From assembly GCA_001029675.1 (NCBI GenBank), contig CP011210.1:64193-128192 (forward strand): DNA of 64,000 nucleotides, in the 5' to 3' direction. The stretch is from Candidatus Beckwithbacteria bacterium GW2011_GWC1_49_16 (GTDB lineage: Bacteria > Patescibacteriota > Microgenomatia > UBA1400 > CG1-02-47-37). Made by a program: the position numbers and the translations under genes. The notes under the pieces are model-generated. The model was not told the DNA's origin. It saw only the letters and a list, made by a program, of their open reading frames with translations, and searched no databases. Each line of letters opens with the position of its first letter. The stretch's first letter is position 1. Of the stretch, positions 43,713 to 53,163 are shown piece by piece.

Positions 43713-45327
43713 CGAGCTTAAACCGAAGCAGGTTTACCACAATTTGAGTTACCAGGAGCTTTTCAAGCACGAGACCGGCAAGGGGTTTAGTAAGCTTGAG
43801 CGGGGGGTGGTGACCCGCCAGCCGGCGGGCGCGGTGGCGGTGGATACGGGTAAGTTTACCGGCAGGTCGCCCAAGGATAAATATATTGTTGGCGGCGGGC
43901 CGTCGGCCGAAAACATTTGGTGGGCGGGGGAGGGTAGTCCGGGATCGGACAACAAGCCGATCTCGATTGAAACCTGGGACTATTTGTTGGGGGTAGTCAA
44001 AGACCAGTTGACGGGTAAAAGGCTTTATCTTATGGACGGCTGGGCCGGGGCGAGTAAAGAAAACCGGTTTGGGGTAAGAATGGTGACCGAGGTGGCCTGG
44101 CAGGCGCATTTTTTCAAGAATATGTTTATAAAATTATCTAAAAGCGAAAACTTAAAACACAATTTTGTCCCGGAATGGACGATTTGGAATGGGTGTAAAA
44201 CGGTCGCCGGTGAGTTTGAGACACACGGCCTTAACTCGCCGGTGTTTATCGCCATCAATATCGAAAAAAAGACGATCTTGATCGGCGGCACTTGGTACGG
44301 CGGCGAGATTAAAAAGGGTATTTTCTCGGTGGCCAACTACTTACTGCCCTTAAAAGGCGTGGGGTCGTTTCACTGCTCGGCCAACGAGGGGGCAAAAGGC
44401 GACGTCGCTTTGTTTTTTGGCCTTTCGGGGACGGGCAAAACTACCCTGTCTCATGATCCGAGGCGCAAACTCATCGGCGACGACGAGCACGGCTGGGACG
44501 ATGAAGGAGTCTTTAACCTTGAGGGCGGTTGTTATGCTAAAGTGATTAATTTGTCCCAACAGGGCGAGCCGGATATTTACAAGGCGATAAAAAGAAACGC
44601 GCTGTTGGAAAATGTAGTCATAGACGGCAAGGGTAGGGTGGATTTTAGCGATGTTACCAAGACGCAAAATACCAGAGTCAGCTACCCGATAGATCACGTC
44701 AAAAACATCGTCAGGCCGGTATCCAAAGGGGGACACGCCCAAAAGATTATTTTCTTGACTTGCGACAGTTTTGGGGTGTTGCCGCCGGTCGCCAGACTGA
44801 CTCGACAGCAGGCGGAGTACTGGTTTTTGTCCGGCTACACGGCCAAGGTTGCCGGCACCGAGCGGGGAGTGGACGAGCCGCAGGCGACGTTTTCGGCCTG
44901 TTTCGGGGCGCCGTTTTTACTGCTTCACCCCACGGCCTATGCCGAGATTTTAGGGAAAAAGATTGACCAGCACCAAGCTCAAGTTTACCTGGTGAGTACC
45001 GGCTGGACCGGCGGGGGTTACGGCGTGGGCCAGAGGATGCCGCTTGCCAACACCCGAGCGATTATTACGGCGATTTTGACCGGAAAGCTTGAGAAGGCCG
45101 AGTATGAGCCGGTGGGAGTGTTTGCTTTGGCTTTGCCTAAAAAAGTCGCCGGGGTTAGCGCGACAGTTTTAAACCCGAGAAATACCTGGGCGGATAAGCG
45201 CGAGTATGATTTGGCCGAAACCAGGCTGGCGCGGATGTTTATTGATAACTTTAAGACTTTCAGCGATACTAAAGAGGGGCTTGAGCTAGAGAAGGCAGGA
45301 CCCCGGACAACGGGGCAAACCCCGTAG
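43702..45327 (+). CDS. pckA: phosphoenolpyruvate carboxykinase (ATP)
   Basis: Kinase-1a FFGLSGTGKTTLS. ATP-PEPCK-specific blocks. RBS AAAAGGAA before ATG 43702. Confidence 0.88.
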   Translation: MEVNELKPKQVYHNLSYQELFKHETGKGFSKLERGVVTRQPAGAVAVDTGKFTGRSPKDKYIVGGGPSAENIWWAGEGSPGSDNKPISIETWDYLLGVVKDQLTGKRLYLMDGWAGASKENRFGVRMVTEVAWQAHFFKNMFIKLSKSENLKHNFVPEWTIWNGCKTVAGEFETHGLNSPVFIAINIEKKTILIGGTWYGGEIKKGIFSVANYLLPLKGVGSFHCSANEGAKGDVALFFGLSGTGKTTLSHDPRRKLIGDDEHGWDDEGVFNLEGGCYAKVINLSQQGEPDIYKAIKRNALLENVVIDGKGRVDFSDVTKTQNTRVSYPIDHVKNIVRPVSKGGHAQKIIFLTCDSFGVLPPVARLTRQQAEYWFLSGYTAKVAGTERGVDEPQATFSACFGAPFLLLHPTAYAEILGKKIDQHQAQVYLVSTGWTGGGYGVGQRMPLANTRAIITAILTGKLEKAEYEPVGVFALALPKKVAGVSATVLNPRNTWADKREYDLAETRLARMFIDNFKTFSDTKEGLELEKAGPRTTGQTP

Positions 45328-45346
45328 AACGGGGTAAACCTAAAAT

Positions 45347-46642
45347 ATGAAGAAAACGGCGATTAAAAAAGTTGAAGCTTTGGAGGTTTTGGACTCGCGG
45401 GGCAACCCGACGGTGGCCTGTTGGGTAACGCTTGCCGACGGCAGCCGGGGTTGGGCGGTAATTCCTTCCGGAGCCTCGACCGGAACTCATGAGGCTTTGG
45501 AGCTTAGAGACGGAGACAAGCGCCGCTACGGCGGCAAAGGGACGCTTAAAGCAGTGAAAAACGTTACCGACGTCATCGGGCCGAAAGTGCGCGGCTTTGA
45601 TGCCGCCGACCAGCCCGGCTTAGACGAGCTGACGATTGGACTTGACGGAACGGAGTATAAAGAAAGACTTGGGGCTAACGCGATCTTAGCTGTGTCTCTA
45701 GCCGCGGCCCGGGCGGTGGCGGAAAGTTACCAACTCGAGCTTTACGAGTATTTGCGCAAAACTTTCTGGCCCAAAAACCGCGACTGGTGGCTACCCGACC
45801 CGATGATGAACGTCTTAAACGGCGGCAAACACGCCATTGGTTCGGTAGACCTTCAAGAGTTTATGCTCTTTCCGGTGGGAGCCAGAAGTTTTAGTCAGGC
45901 GCTTCGCTGGGGAGCGGAGATTTACCATACTTTAAAAAAGACGCTTCACGAGAAGGGTTTGCCGGTCGGGGTGGGCGATGAGGGCGGCTTTATGCCCAAG
46001 TTTGGCTCGCACCGCGAGCTTTTAACCACCATGGTCAAGGCGATCGAGGCGGCCGGTTACAAGCCGGGGGGTCAAGTCGCCATCGCTTTGGACCCGGCGG
46101 CCAGTGAAGTATTTAGCAACGGCAAATACCAACTTAAAACAGAAAACTTAAAACTATCAAGCGAAGAGTTGATTGAGCTTTACCAAAAGTGGGTTAAACA
46201 ATACCCGATTGTATCAATCGAGGACGGTTTGGCGGAGGATGACTGGTTTGGCTTTAAGCTGATGACGGAGAAGATGGGCGGCAGAATCCAGATCGTCGGT
46301 GATGACATTTATGTGACTAACATCGACAGGTTGAAAAAGGGCATTGAGGAGAAAGCGACCAACTCGGTTTTGATTAAGCTAAACCAGATCGGCACCCTAA
46401 CCGAGACGGTGGCGGCGATTGACATGGCCCATGAAGCGGGGATGACGGCGGTGGTGAGCCACCGCTCGGGAGAAACTAAGGACGACTTTATCGCCGACTT
46501 GGTGGTGGCGGGCAGCTGTGGGCAAATAAAAACCGGGGCGCCGGCAAGAAGCGAGCGGATAGAGAAATATAACCGCCTTTTGCGAATCGAGCAGCTTCTG
46601 GGCAAAAAAGCCCAATACGCCAAGTTTCCCTTTAAGAGATAA
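45347..46642 (+). CDS. eno: enolase (phosphopyruvate hydratase)
   Basis: 431 aa. N-terminal [11 protein letters not shown]. Metal-binding and catalytic Lys regions (SHRSGETED-like: SHRSGETKD). Confidence 0.92.
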   Translation: MKKTAIKKVEALEVLDSRGNPTVACWVTLADGSRGWAVIPSGASTGTHEALELRDGDKRRYGGKGTLKAVKNVTDVIGPKVRGFDAADQPGLDELTIGLDGTEYKERLGANAILAVSLAAARAVAESYQLELYEYLRKTFWPKNRDWWLPDPMMNVLNGGKHAIGSVDLQEFMLFPVGARSFSQALRWGAEIYHTLKKTLHEKGLPVGVGDEGGFMPKFGSHRELLTTMVKAIEAAGYKPGGQVAIALDPAASEVFSNGKYQLKTENLKLSSEELIELYQKWVKQYPIVSIEDGLAEDDWFGFKLMTEKMGGRIQIVGDDIYVTNIDRLKKGIEEKATNSVLIKLNQIGTLTETVAAIDMAHEAGMTAVVSHRSGETKDDFIADLVVAGSCGQIKTGAPARSERIEKYNRLLRIEQLLGKKAQYAKFPFKR

Positions 46643-47863
46643 ATGGATAAGGTTTTTTTAATCGTGATTGATGGTTTGGGTGATAGGCCTATCCCAGCTT
46701 TTGGCAGAAAAACTCCTTTGGAGGCGGCCAAAACCCCCAACCTTGACAAACTGGCTCGGGGCGGAATTTCCGGAGTGATGCACACTATTGACATTGGAGT
46801 GAGGCCGGGAAGCGACACGGCCCATTTGGCCCTTTTTGGCTATGACCCGAAAACTTACTACACCGGCCGCGGCCCGTTTGAAGTGGCCGGGATCAACATG
46901 GAAGTTAGGCCTGGCGATGTCTGTCTTAGAGTCAACATGGGGACAGTTGATGACAACTTGGTGGTAGTGGATAGGCGGGCAGGGAGGATTGATGACACCA
47001 ACCCTTTTGCTAAAAAGTTTAACGGAACCGTAGTCGACGGGGTGAAGTTTTTGGTTAAGGCCGGTACTGGCCACCGTTTGGGAATAATTATGCGCGGCAA
47101 AGGTTTAAGCAGCCAAATTTCCAGCGCCGACCCTAAGGAGTTAGGAGTAAAGTTGAAAACTGTCGAGGGCTTAGACGCATCGAAAGAGGCCAAATTCACC
47201 GCCAGAGTTTTAAATAAGTTTTTATTGAAGGTTTACAAGGAAATTAAAGATTGGCCTTTGAATAAACAAAGGGTAAAGGTTGGGAAGCTTCCGGCCAACT
47301 TTATGCTGGCGCGAGGGGCGGGGGTCTATCCCGAGCTACCCAGTTTTTTTGACAAGTACGGTTTAAAAGCGGCCTGCATTGCCGGCGCCGGGCTTTACAA
47401 AGGCGTGGCCAAAATTTTGGGGATGGAAGTAATCGACGTTCCCGGTGCCACAGGTAAGCCGGACTCGGATGTCGCCGCCAAGATCAAAAAAGCGATTAAA
47501 GCAACCCACAAGTTCGACTTTATTTTTGTCCATATCAAAGGCGCCGATACTTTAGGAGAAGACGGCAACCCGGAGGGGAAAAAGGCCTTTATCGAAAAGG
47601 TGGACCAGGCCGTAGCCCCGCTTTCTAAACTTAAAAAATCTTTGGTGGTGGTGACCGCCGATCACTCGACGCCCTGCGCCCTGAAAAATCACTCGGCCGA
47701 CGATGTGCCGATCACCATTTTTGGAGAGAGCGTCCGCGACGACGACGTCGAGGCTTTTGGCGAAAGGGCTTGCGCCAAGGGACGGCTGGGGCGGATCAGG
47801 GGTGAACACCTGATGCCGATCATCATTGACCTGATGGGGCTGGCACAAATGTTTGGCGCCTAG
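46643..47863 (+). CDS. apgM: 2,3-bisphosphoglycerate-independent phosphoglycerate mutase, archaeal type
   Basis: 406 aa. N-terminal VIDGLGDRPIPAFGRKTPLE and TADHSTP metal-binding motifs of the aPGAM family. Confidence 0.85.
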   Translation: MDKVFLIVIDGLGDRPIPAFGRKTPLEAAKTPNLDKLARGGISGVMHTIDIGVRPGSDTAHLALFGYDPKTYYTGRGPFEVAGINMEVRPGDVCLRVNMGTVDDNLVVVDRRAGRIDDTNPFAKKFNGTVVDGVKFLVKAGTGHRLGIIMRGKGLSSQISSADPKELGVKLKTVEGLDASKEAKFTARVLNKFLLKVYKEIKDWPLNKQRVKVGKLPANFMLARGAGVYPELPSFFDKYGLKAACIAGAGLYKGVAKILGMEVIDVPGATGKPDSDVAAKIKKAIKATHKFDFIFVHIKGADTLGEDGNPEGKKAFIEKVDQAVAPLSKLKKSLVVVTADHSTPCALKNHSADDVPITIFGESVRDDDVEAFGERACAKGRLGRIRGEHLMPIIIDLMGLAQMFGA

Positions 47864-47880
47864 CGTGGTAAACTAACCTC

Positions 47881-48750
47881 ATGGACCAGTTTGACCCTAA
47901 AGTTTTAGCCCAGCTTTATCGGCCTCCCAAAGATTCACACAAAGGCCAGAACGGCAAGCTACTTTTGATCGGCGGGAGCCAGTTGTTTCATGCGGCCAGC
48001 ATGTGGTCTTTGGAGGTGGCCAGCCGTATCGTCGATATGGTGTTTTACTTTAGCGTGCCGGTCAATGAAGCCATCGTCAAAAAGCAGAAGGAAAGATTTC
48101 ACGACGGCATCGTCGTCCCCCAAGGCGAGGTGGAAACGTATCTTGGCGAGGCCGATTGTGTACTTATCGGCCCGGGGATGGAACGGGGCAAAGAAACAGA
48201 GGAGAAAACCAACAAGCTTTTGAAAAAATATCCTGACAAGCGCTGGGTGATTGACGGCGGGGCTTTACAGATGATGGATCCCGGATTACTCAACGAGCGA
48301 ATGATTGTTACCCCACATTTAAGGGAGCTTAGAGGTTTGATAGATCGTTCCGGAAGAAAATTGCTAATTTCTAAATCCGAATTTCTAAACAAATTCAAAT
48401 TTTCTAAGGACCAAATATCTAAAATGGCCGATTTTTTGGAAGATTTTTCGAAGGTCTATGGTGGGGCGACAGTGGTGCTTAAAGGGCCGACGGATGTGGT
48501 TTGTGATGCCAAACAGTGCGTGCTTAATGTTACTGGTAACGAGGGGATGACCAAAGGGGGAACGGGTGACGTGTTGGCGGGGTTGGTTGCCGCGCTTTAC
48601 TGCAAATCGCCCGCTTTTTTGGCGGCCTCGTGCGGCGTTTATCTTAACGGTTTGGCCGGCGACCGGCTTTACAGCTTGGTGGGTGCTTACTTTAACGCTT
48701 CGGACCTGGTCCACGAGATTCCCAAGGTAATGGCGGAAGTTTTAGGTTAG
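47881..48750 (+). CDS. nnrD: NAD(P)H-hydrate dehydratase (YjeF C-terminal domain family)
   Basis: HKGQNGKLLLIGGS and GPGMERG, GGTGDVLAGL motifs of the carbohydrate-kinase-like Nnr2 family. Its last 14 codons form direct-repeat copy 1. Confidence 0.8.
   Translation: MDQFDPKVLAQLYRPPKDSHKGQNGKLLLIGGSQLFHAASMWSLEVASRIVDMVFYFSVPVNEAIVKKQKERFHDGIVVPQGEVETYLGEADCVLIGPGMERGKETEEKTNKLLKKYPDKRWVIDGGALQMMDPGLLNERMIVTPHLRELRGLIDRSGRKLLISKSEFLNKFKFSKDQISKMADFLEDFSKVYGGATVVLKGPTDVVCDAKQCVLNVTGNEGMTKGGTGDVLAGLVAALYCKSPAFLAASCGVYLNGLAGDRLYSLVGAYFNASDLVHEIPKVMAEVLG
48708..48750. repeat. 43-bp direct repeat, copy 1 (left flank of insertion)
   Basis: GGTCCACGAGATTCCCAAGGTAATGGCGGAAGTTTTAGGTTAG. It is the 3' end of nnrD. 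Confidence 0.9.
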
Positions 48751-51700
48751 TTGGCCTGTTTATTGGCATTATTTAATCTTTTTAACTAAGTCATTTAGAT
48801 TAATTGTTTCTTTAAGGCTGCTTAGTTTTTCTAAGGCTTCAGCCTCTATTTGTCTAATTCTTTCCCTGGTTAACCCAAACGCATAACCAACTTCTTGTAG
48901 AGTGTAGAAGACGCCGTCTTTTAAACCATACCTCATTCTAAGAATCTCAGCCTGCCTTGGAGAAATGTTGTTTTGGGAAAGGAGAGTATCTACTTGATGT
49001 CTAATTACTCTTTGGAGTGCTTCTCTTTCGGTGTCCACATTGGGGTCTTTAGTTGTGTCTAGCAGAGTTCTTTCGTCATCTCCAGGGGCTGATGCCTCGA
49101 GTGAAATAGGATACACTCTTTGTAGCAAGGCCTGAATTCTTTCAACGGGAATGTTTGTTTTCTCCGAGATAAGCTCTTCAGAGACCTGTTTTTGTTCTTT
49201 CTCGATTTCTCCGATAGCTCTTGTAATTTGAGTAAAAAGCTTGTTGTCGTATGTTGAAAGTCCCCTGTCTTGAGCCAAAAGGGCCCTCATTTCATTTTCG
49301 ATCCAGTAGGTAGCGTAAGTTGAAAGTTTTACCCCTTTTCTCCAGTCATATTTGTTAATTGCTACAAGTAAGCCTATATTTCCTGTCTGATAAAGGTCAA
49401 AAGTTGATGGCTTAGCTCCTCTTTTTTTAAACCTACTGGCTAAAAAGAAAATCCAACGTTGCATAGATTTAATTAGAGCATCTTTGGCTTCTTGTCCACG
49501 CAGAACAAATTGTTCTAGGTTTTGACTATCTGGATGTTGAGGGTTGTTCTCGATTGTTTCTTTGGCTAGCTCGCCACGCTCGATCTCTTTAGCAAGGGCT
49601 ATTTGTGTTTGTAGATCGTACGTTTGGTAAAGATTTACCCTCCGGCCTATTTCTGTGGGGAGGTCAATGGTGTCATAGTCTTCTTCTTCGGCAACCGTAA
49701 TGCCCGATCTTACCCTGGCAAGAATTTCCGCCAGCACTTGATGTTCCTGGGTAGTTGTTTCGTCTTCAACAGGGAAGGCAGAGGACTTTCGGAGAGAAGT
49801 TAGATATTCTTCGTCAAAAATGTACTCAAAATCATCTGGGAAGTTAAGCAAAAGCAACTCTCTAACGTCGAGAGGTGCCTTAGAGTAAAGATAAGATTTT
49901 AAGCTTGAGATTACACTGCTTGTTAGGGTCTCTGGGAGTTCTTGTAAACCATCTTCTAAAAAGAGTTGCAAGTGTCTGGAAAAAGTATGGACTAAGGTGT
50001 AGTATTTTCCTAAATACGGCTTTCTTTTTTCATCTGTTTTTTGTTCAAGTTTGATGTTTTCCTCGTCAAAAAAGAATAAAAAATTCCAAAAGGTTTCGTT
50101 TTTTGCCTTAAACATTTCTAGATCTTGACGGAGTTCTTCCCAAAAGTCTTTTGTTTCTAGTGTCTGAATCCATTGTTCTGGAGAAACTCGCGGCCTAATA
50201 AAAGATACTTTTTTCTCCAGCTCTTGCTTAGCCATTCGTATTGCTTGAATTAATTCTGGTTCGTAAGGAAGGGTAGGAGTGAAGTTGCGGATAAAATGTC
50301 CAGCGCTTTCGGTGTGCCTTTCTAGCGCATATAGGAGGTTGAGATAGTATCCTGGAGTAGATGGATTAATCTTGCCGCCGTTGTTTTCATTTCTTGAAAA
50401 ACCCCTCATAAAGTTAGTGAAATAGGTGTTCTCTGGTATGGTTTTAAGGTCTTGATATAGTTGCACCCAAAAAGCCTCTGTATGGAGTTCTTCATAGTAG
50501 TCTCGCCAATTTTTTTTAATAGGAGTTTCTATAAGTTTCTCTATTAAATTAAGCTGAATTTTTGCTACTAAATCCATGACTTCTTGTTTTTGTGGTTGAT
50601 ACTCTGTGAGATATTTATATGGATATCTAATGCCAGATTTCCTGAGAGCCAAAACCAAGTTATAGTATTTACCGTTAGTGTAATTATCTCTTTCTGCCCA
50701 GTTTGGGTTATCGGGATCGTAGAGGCTAAAAAACTCTCTTTGGGTATAGGCTTTTTTTGGTAGCTGGTCGAGATCTTCTTGAATTTCCAGCCATAAATCA
50801 TGGGTTTCCAGTTGGGCTAAATAGTGTTCTTTTGGCAGGCAAGTTGGAGGAAGTAAATCTTCTGGTTGTGAAAAATCAACCGCTAACACTGGTCTTTCAA
50901 CTTGCGGTTTATCCAGAGTTGGAAGCAGATAAAAGACAGCCTTACCGTCTTGGTGTTTTATTATCCTGCCCGATTCTGATAGATGTTTTAACACCGGGGC
51001 AGTTTTTTTTCCGTATCGTTCCTTTAAATCTTTTGGTCTTGTGGGACCATACTCAATTAAGTGGTCAATAATTATATCTGCGTTTTCTTCTTTGGTTATT
51101 TTTTCGTTGTGTCTTCTGTAGTTTTGTATGGCTTTTTCGGTTATTGAGGGGTCATTCTGAATTTTTTCTAGGGTTTCATTCATGGTTGTCAATTGTTGAG
51201 TGTGTCCAGAAACGGCCGCTAGTATAGGCCTAATAATTGTTTCTACAAATTCTGTTCCCTTCGGGGTTATATGGGTTATTGATTGTTGAACACCGCCAGT
51301 CCACTTTTTTGTTTCAAGGTAACCAGATTCAGCTAATTCTGAAAAAATAGTGTAAACATCCGAGGCATCTTGTCTGCCGAGAGCCTTTAGAACGCTTGGG
51401 ATATTTCCTTCTTCATTTACTTCAAAGTATTTAATAACATTTTTTCTTAGTCGGTTAAGTCTTGGGGAATGGGTTGCAAGATTTTTAGGCCCTACTCGCT
51501 TATATATAAGCCAACCTTTTTGCTCCGTGTCTACAGCCTCGTGATTTATTAATCCTAGGTCGTTTAGGGATTTAAGATTGCCCCTGATAGAGGAGAGATC
51601 TGAGTTTAATGTTCGGCATAACTCGATTTCAAAAGAACTTTTTTGATTAAGGGTTAAAAGTATAGCGCTTCTGGTGATATGAGCTCTGTTGCCACTTGAA

Positions 51701-52238
51701 GTTATTGGTTGACCGAAGATTTTAGACGCAGGAATGTCTTGACTGGCAGAATACTCCAACAACAATGCGGCTATTGGTTTGGCGTAGTTTTCTGCTTCTA
51801 AAGTAAGCTGGTATCCTTTGTTTGTTTTTTGAGCTAAGCCTGTAGGGAGCAGAGAATTAATCAAATATGACATATATATAGAGTTACTTTTTGGATACCA
51901 TGTGGAATAGCCTATACAGTCTCGGGTGCGTTTTCTTAGAGAAGAGACCGAAATAGGTTCAGGAGCGAAACCATGAACAACTAGTGCTTGTTTGGGTTCT
52001 GCTGTGCCGAGGGCGAAGATAACTCTGTCAAATCTTCTTAGGTGTTCTGGCCCAATTTTCGAACCTTCAAGGTTGTTGAGCAATGATTCTAAGTTAGATT
52101 GTTGCCACGTTGTTTGGCCGATTTCGCTTTGACCACGATTTTCCACTAGCATAGTTATCTGGGCGGATTTGAAAGATTATACCACTTGAGGAAAGTTAAA
52201 TATGCCAAGACTGCCGGTCCTATTTATTATTCTGCTTT
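48751..52238. mobile_element. ~3.5 kb single-gene insertion bounded by 43-bp direct repeats, AT-rich relative to flanks
   Basis: Direct repeats at 48708-48750 and 52239-52281 (41/43 identical, both differences synonymous in each reading frame). The insert holds only the 1127-aa sigma-fusion gene. Composition is visibly AT-richer than flanking housekeeping genes. Confidence 0.7.
48769..52152 (-). CDS. giant sigma-70-family protein (1127 aa): C-terminal RpoD-like sigma regions 1.2-4.2 behind a ~800-aa N-terminal extension
   Basis: C-terminus: DLYQTGNIGLLVAINKYD...KLSTYATYWI (region 2). TLQEVGYAFGLTRERIRQIEAEALEKL (region 4.2 HTH). N-terminal part has several winged-helix-like segments (e.g. 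ITPKGTEFVE) and three tandem ~60-aa repeats (D/E-x-W-x-E...DL...P...GKYY-x-LV). Confidence 0.75.
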   Translation of the reverse strand: MLVENRGQSEIGQTTWQQSNLESLLNNLEGSKIGPEHLRRFDRVIFALGTAEPKQALVVHGFAPEPISVSSLRKRTRDCIGYSTWYPKSNSIYMSYLINSLLPTGLAQKTNKGYQLTLEAENYAKPIAALLLEYSASQDIPASKIFGQPITSSGNRAHITRSAILLTLNQKSSFEIELCRTLNSDLSSIRGNLKSLNDLGLINHEAVDTEQKGWLIYKRVGPKNLATHSPRLNRLRKNVIKYFEVNEEGNIPSVLKALGRQDASDVYTIFSELAESGYLETKKWTGGVQQSITHITPKGTEFVETIIRPILAAVSGHTQQLTTMNETLEKIQNDPSITEKAIQNYRRHNEKITKEENADIIIDHLIEYGPTRPKDLKERYGKKTAPVLKHLSESGRIIKHQDGKAVFYLLPTLDKPQVERPVLAVDFSQPEDLLPPTCLPKEHYLAQLETHDLWLEIQEDLDQLPKKAYTQREFFSLYDPDNPNWAERDNYTNGKYYNLVLALRKSGIRYPYKYLTEYQPQKQEVMDLVAKIQLNLIEKLIETPIKKNWRDYYEELHTEAFWVQLYQDLKTIPENTYFTNFMRGFSRNENNGGKINPSTPGYYLNLLYALERHTESAGHFIRNFTPTLPYEPELIQAIRMAKQELEKKVSFIRPRVSPEQWIQTLETKDFWEELRQDLEMFKAKNETFWNFLFFFDEENIKLEQKTDEKRKPYLGKYYTLVHTFSRHLQLFLEDGLQELPETLTSSVISSLKSYLYSKAPLDVRELLLLNFPDDFEYIFDEEYLTSLRKSSAFPVEDETTTQEHQVLAEILARVRSGITVAEEEDYDTIDLPTEIGRRVNLYQTYDLQTQIALAKEIERGELAKETIENNPQHPDSQNLEQFVLRGQEAKDALIKSMQRWIFFLASRFKKRGAKPSTFDLYQTGNIGLLVAINKYDWRKGVKLSTYATYWIENEMRALLAQDRGLSTYDNKLFTQITRAIGEIEKEQKQVSEELISEKTNIPVERIQALLQRVYPISLEASAPGDDERTLLDTTKDPNVDTEREALQRVIRHQVDTLLSQNNISPRQAEILRMRYGLKDGVFYTLQEVGYAFGLTRERIRQIEAEALEKLSSLKETINLNDLVKKIK

Positions 52239-53122
52239 GGTCCACGAGATTCCCAAAGTGATGGCGGAAGTTTTAGGTTAGGCAGGGCGGCGGCCAAAAC
52301 GATCAAGGCCCCGCCCAAGAAAGTGGTGGCAGAGAGAATTTCGCCGAAGAATAAAAAGCCAAAGAGGATGCCGAAGATAATTTCAGCCATGCCGATAAGG
52401 CTGCCGATAGAGGCTTCTAAATATTTGAAGCCTTCAATCACTGAAAAGTTGGCGATCAAAAGCGCAGCGGCGTAGGCGGCGGCGGCTAGCCAAGCGGAGT
52501 GGGCGGAGATAGGGGGAAGAGAGTCTTTAACCAAGTAGGCGATCAGGCCATTGGCGACGAGCATAACGGTGAGATAGCCGGCCATGATTTGGAATTCGTG
52601 ATACTGGCCTGACAATTTTTTAGGCAAGACTGCTGAAATTGCCCCCATGAGGCCGGCGATGATGGTTAAGGTAGCCGGCCAGATTTGAGCCGGAGTCAAG
52701 GAAAGGCGGTAGATTACTCCTAGGCCGGCAAGACCGATGACCAGGCTTGTCAGTTTGGTTCTGGTCAGGGTTTCGTTGAAGACGAGTTTGCCGATAAGGT
52801 AGCCGCCGATGACCAGAGCGGCGTAGAATAAAAGGGTGGCGGTGCCAACCCCAAGGTGTTGGAAGCCGTAGTAATAAGGGGCTTGATTTAGGCCGATTGA
52901 GGCAATAACCAAAAACCAAGGCCAGTCTTTTTTAGGCATGGGTTTGAAGAGTTTTTTCCATTTACCGACCAGGACTACAAAGACCAATAAGATTAAGCCC
53001 CTGGTCCAGGCTTGGCTAAATTCGCCAAAGTCGTGGCCCATGAGGTGCGACCAGACGCCGTAGGTGGCAAAAAAGACAGCCGAGTTTAAAATCCAGGCAG
53101 TACCTTTTGTTTTTGGGTTCAT
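52220..53122 (-). CDS. EamA/DMT-family transporter
   Basis: 300 aa. 10 predicted TM helices in two EamA-like halves. C-terminal codons lie inside direct-repeat copy 2. Confidence 0.7.
   Translation of the reverse strand: MNPKTKGTAWILNSAVFFATYGVWSHLMGHDFGEFSQAWTRGLILLVFVVLVGKWKKLFKPMPKKDWPWFLVIASIGLNQAPYYYGFQHLGVGTATLLFYAALVIGGYLIGKLVFNETLTRTKLTSLVIGLAGLGVIYRLSLTPAQIWPATLTIIAGLMGAISAVLPKKLSGQYHEFQIMAGYLTVMLVANGLIAYLVKDSLPPISAHSAWLAAAAYAAALLIANFSVIEGFKYLEASIGSLIGMAEIIFGILFGFLFFGEILSATTFLGGALIVLAAALPNLKLPPSLWESRGPKQNNK
52239..52281. repeat. 43-bp direct repeat, copy 2 (right flank of insertion)
   Basis: GGTCCACGAGATTCCCAAAGTGATGGCGGAAGTTTTAGGTTAG. On the minus strand it encodes the C-terminal LKLPPSLWESRGPKQ of the EamA transporter. 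Confidence 0.9.
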
Positions 53123-53163
53123 AGGCTGGAATTGTAGTTGAAGGTAGGGGTATAATCAAGCTG

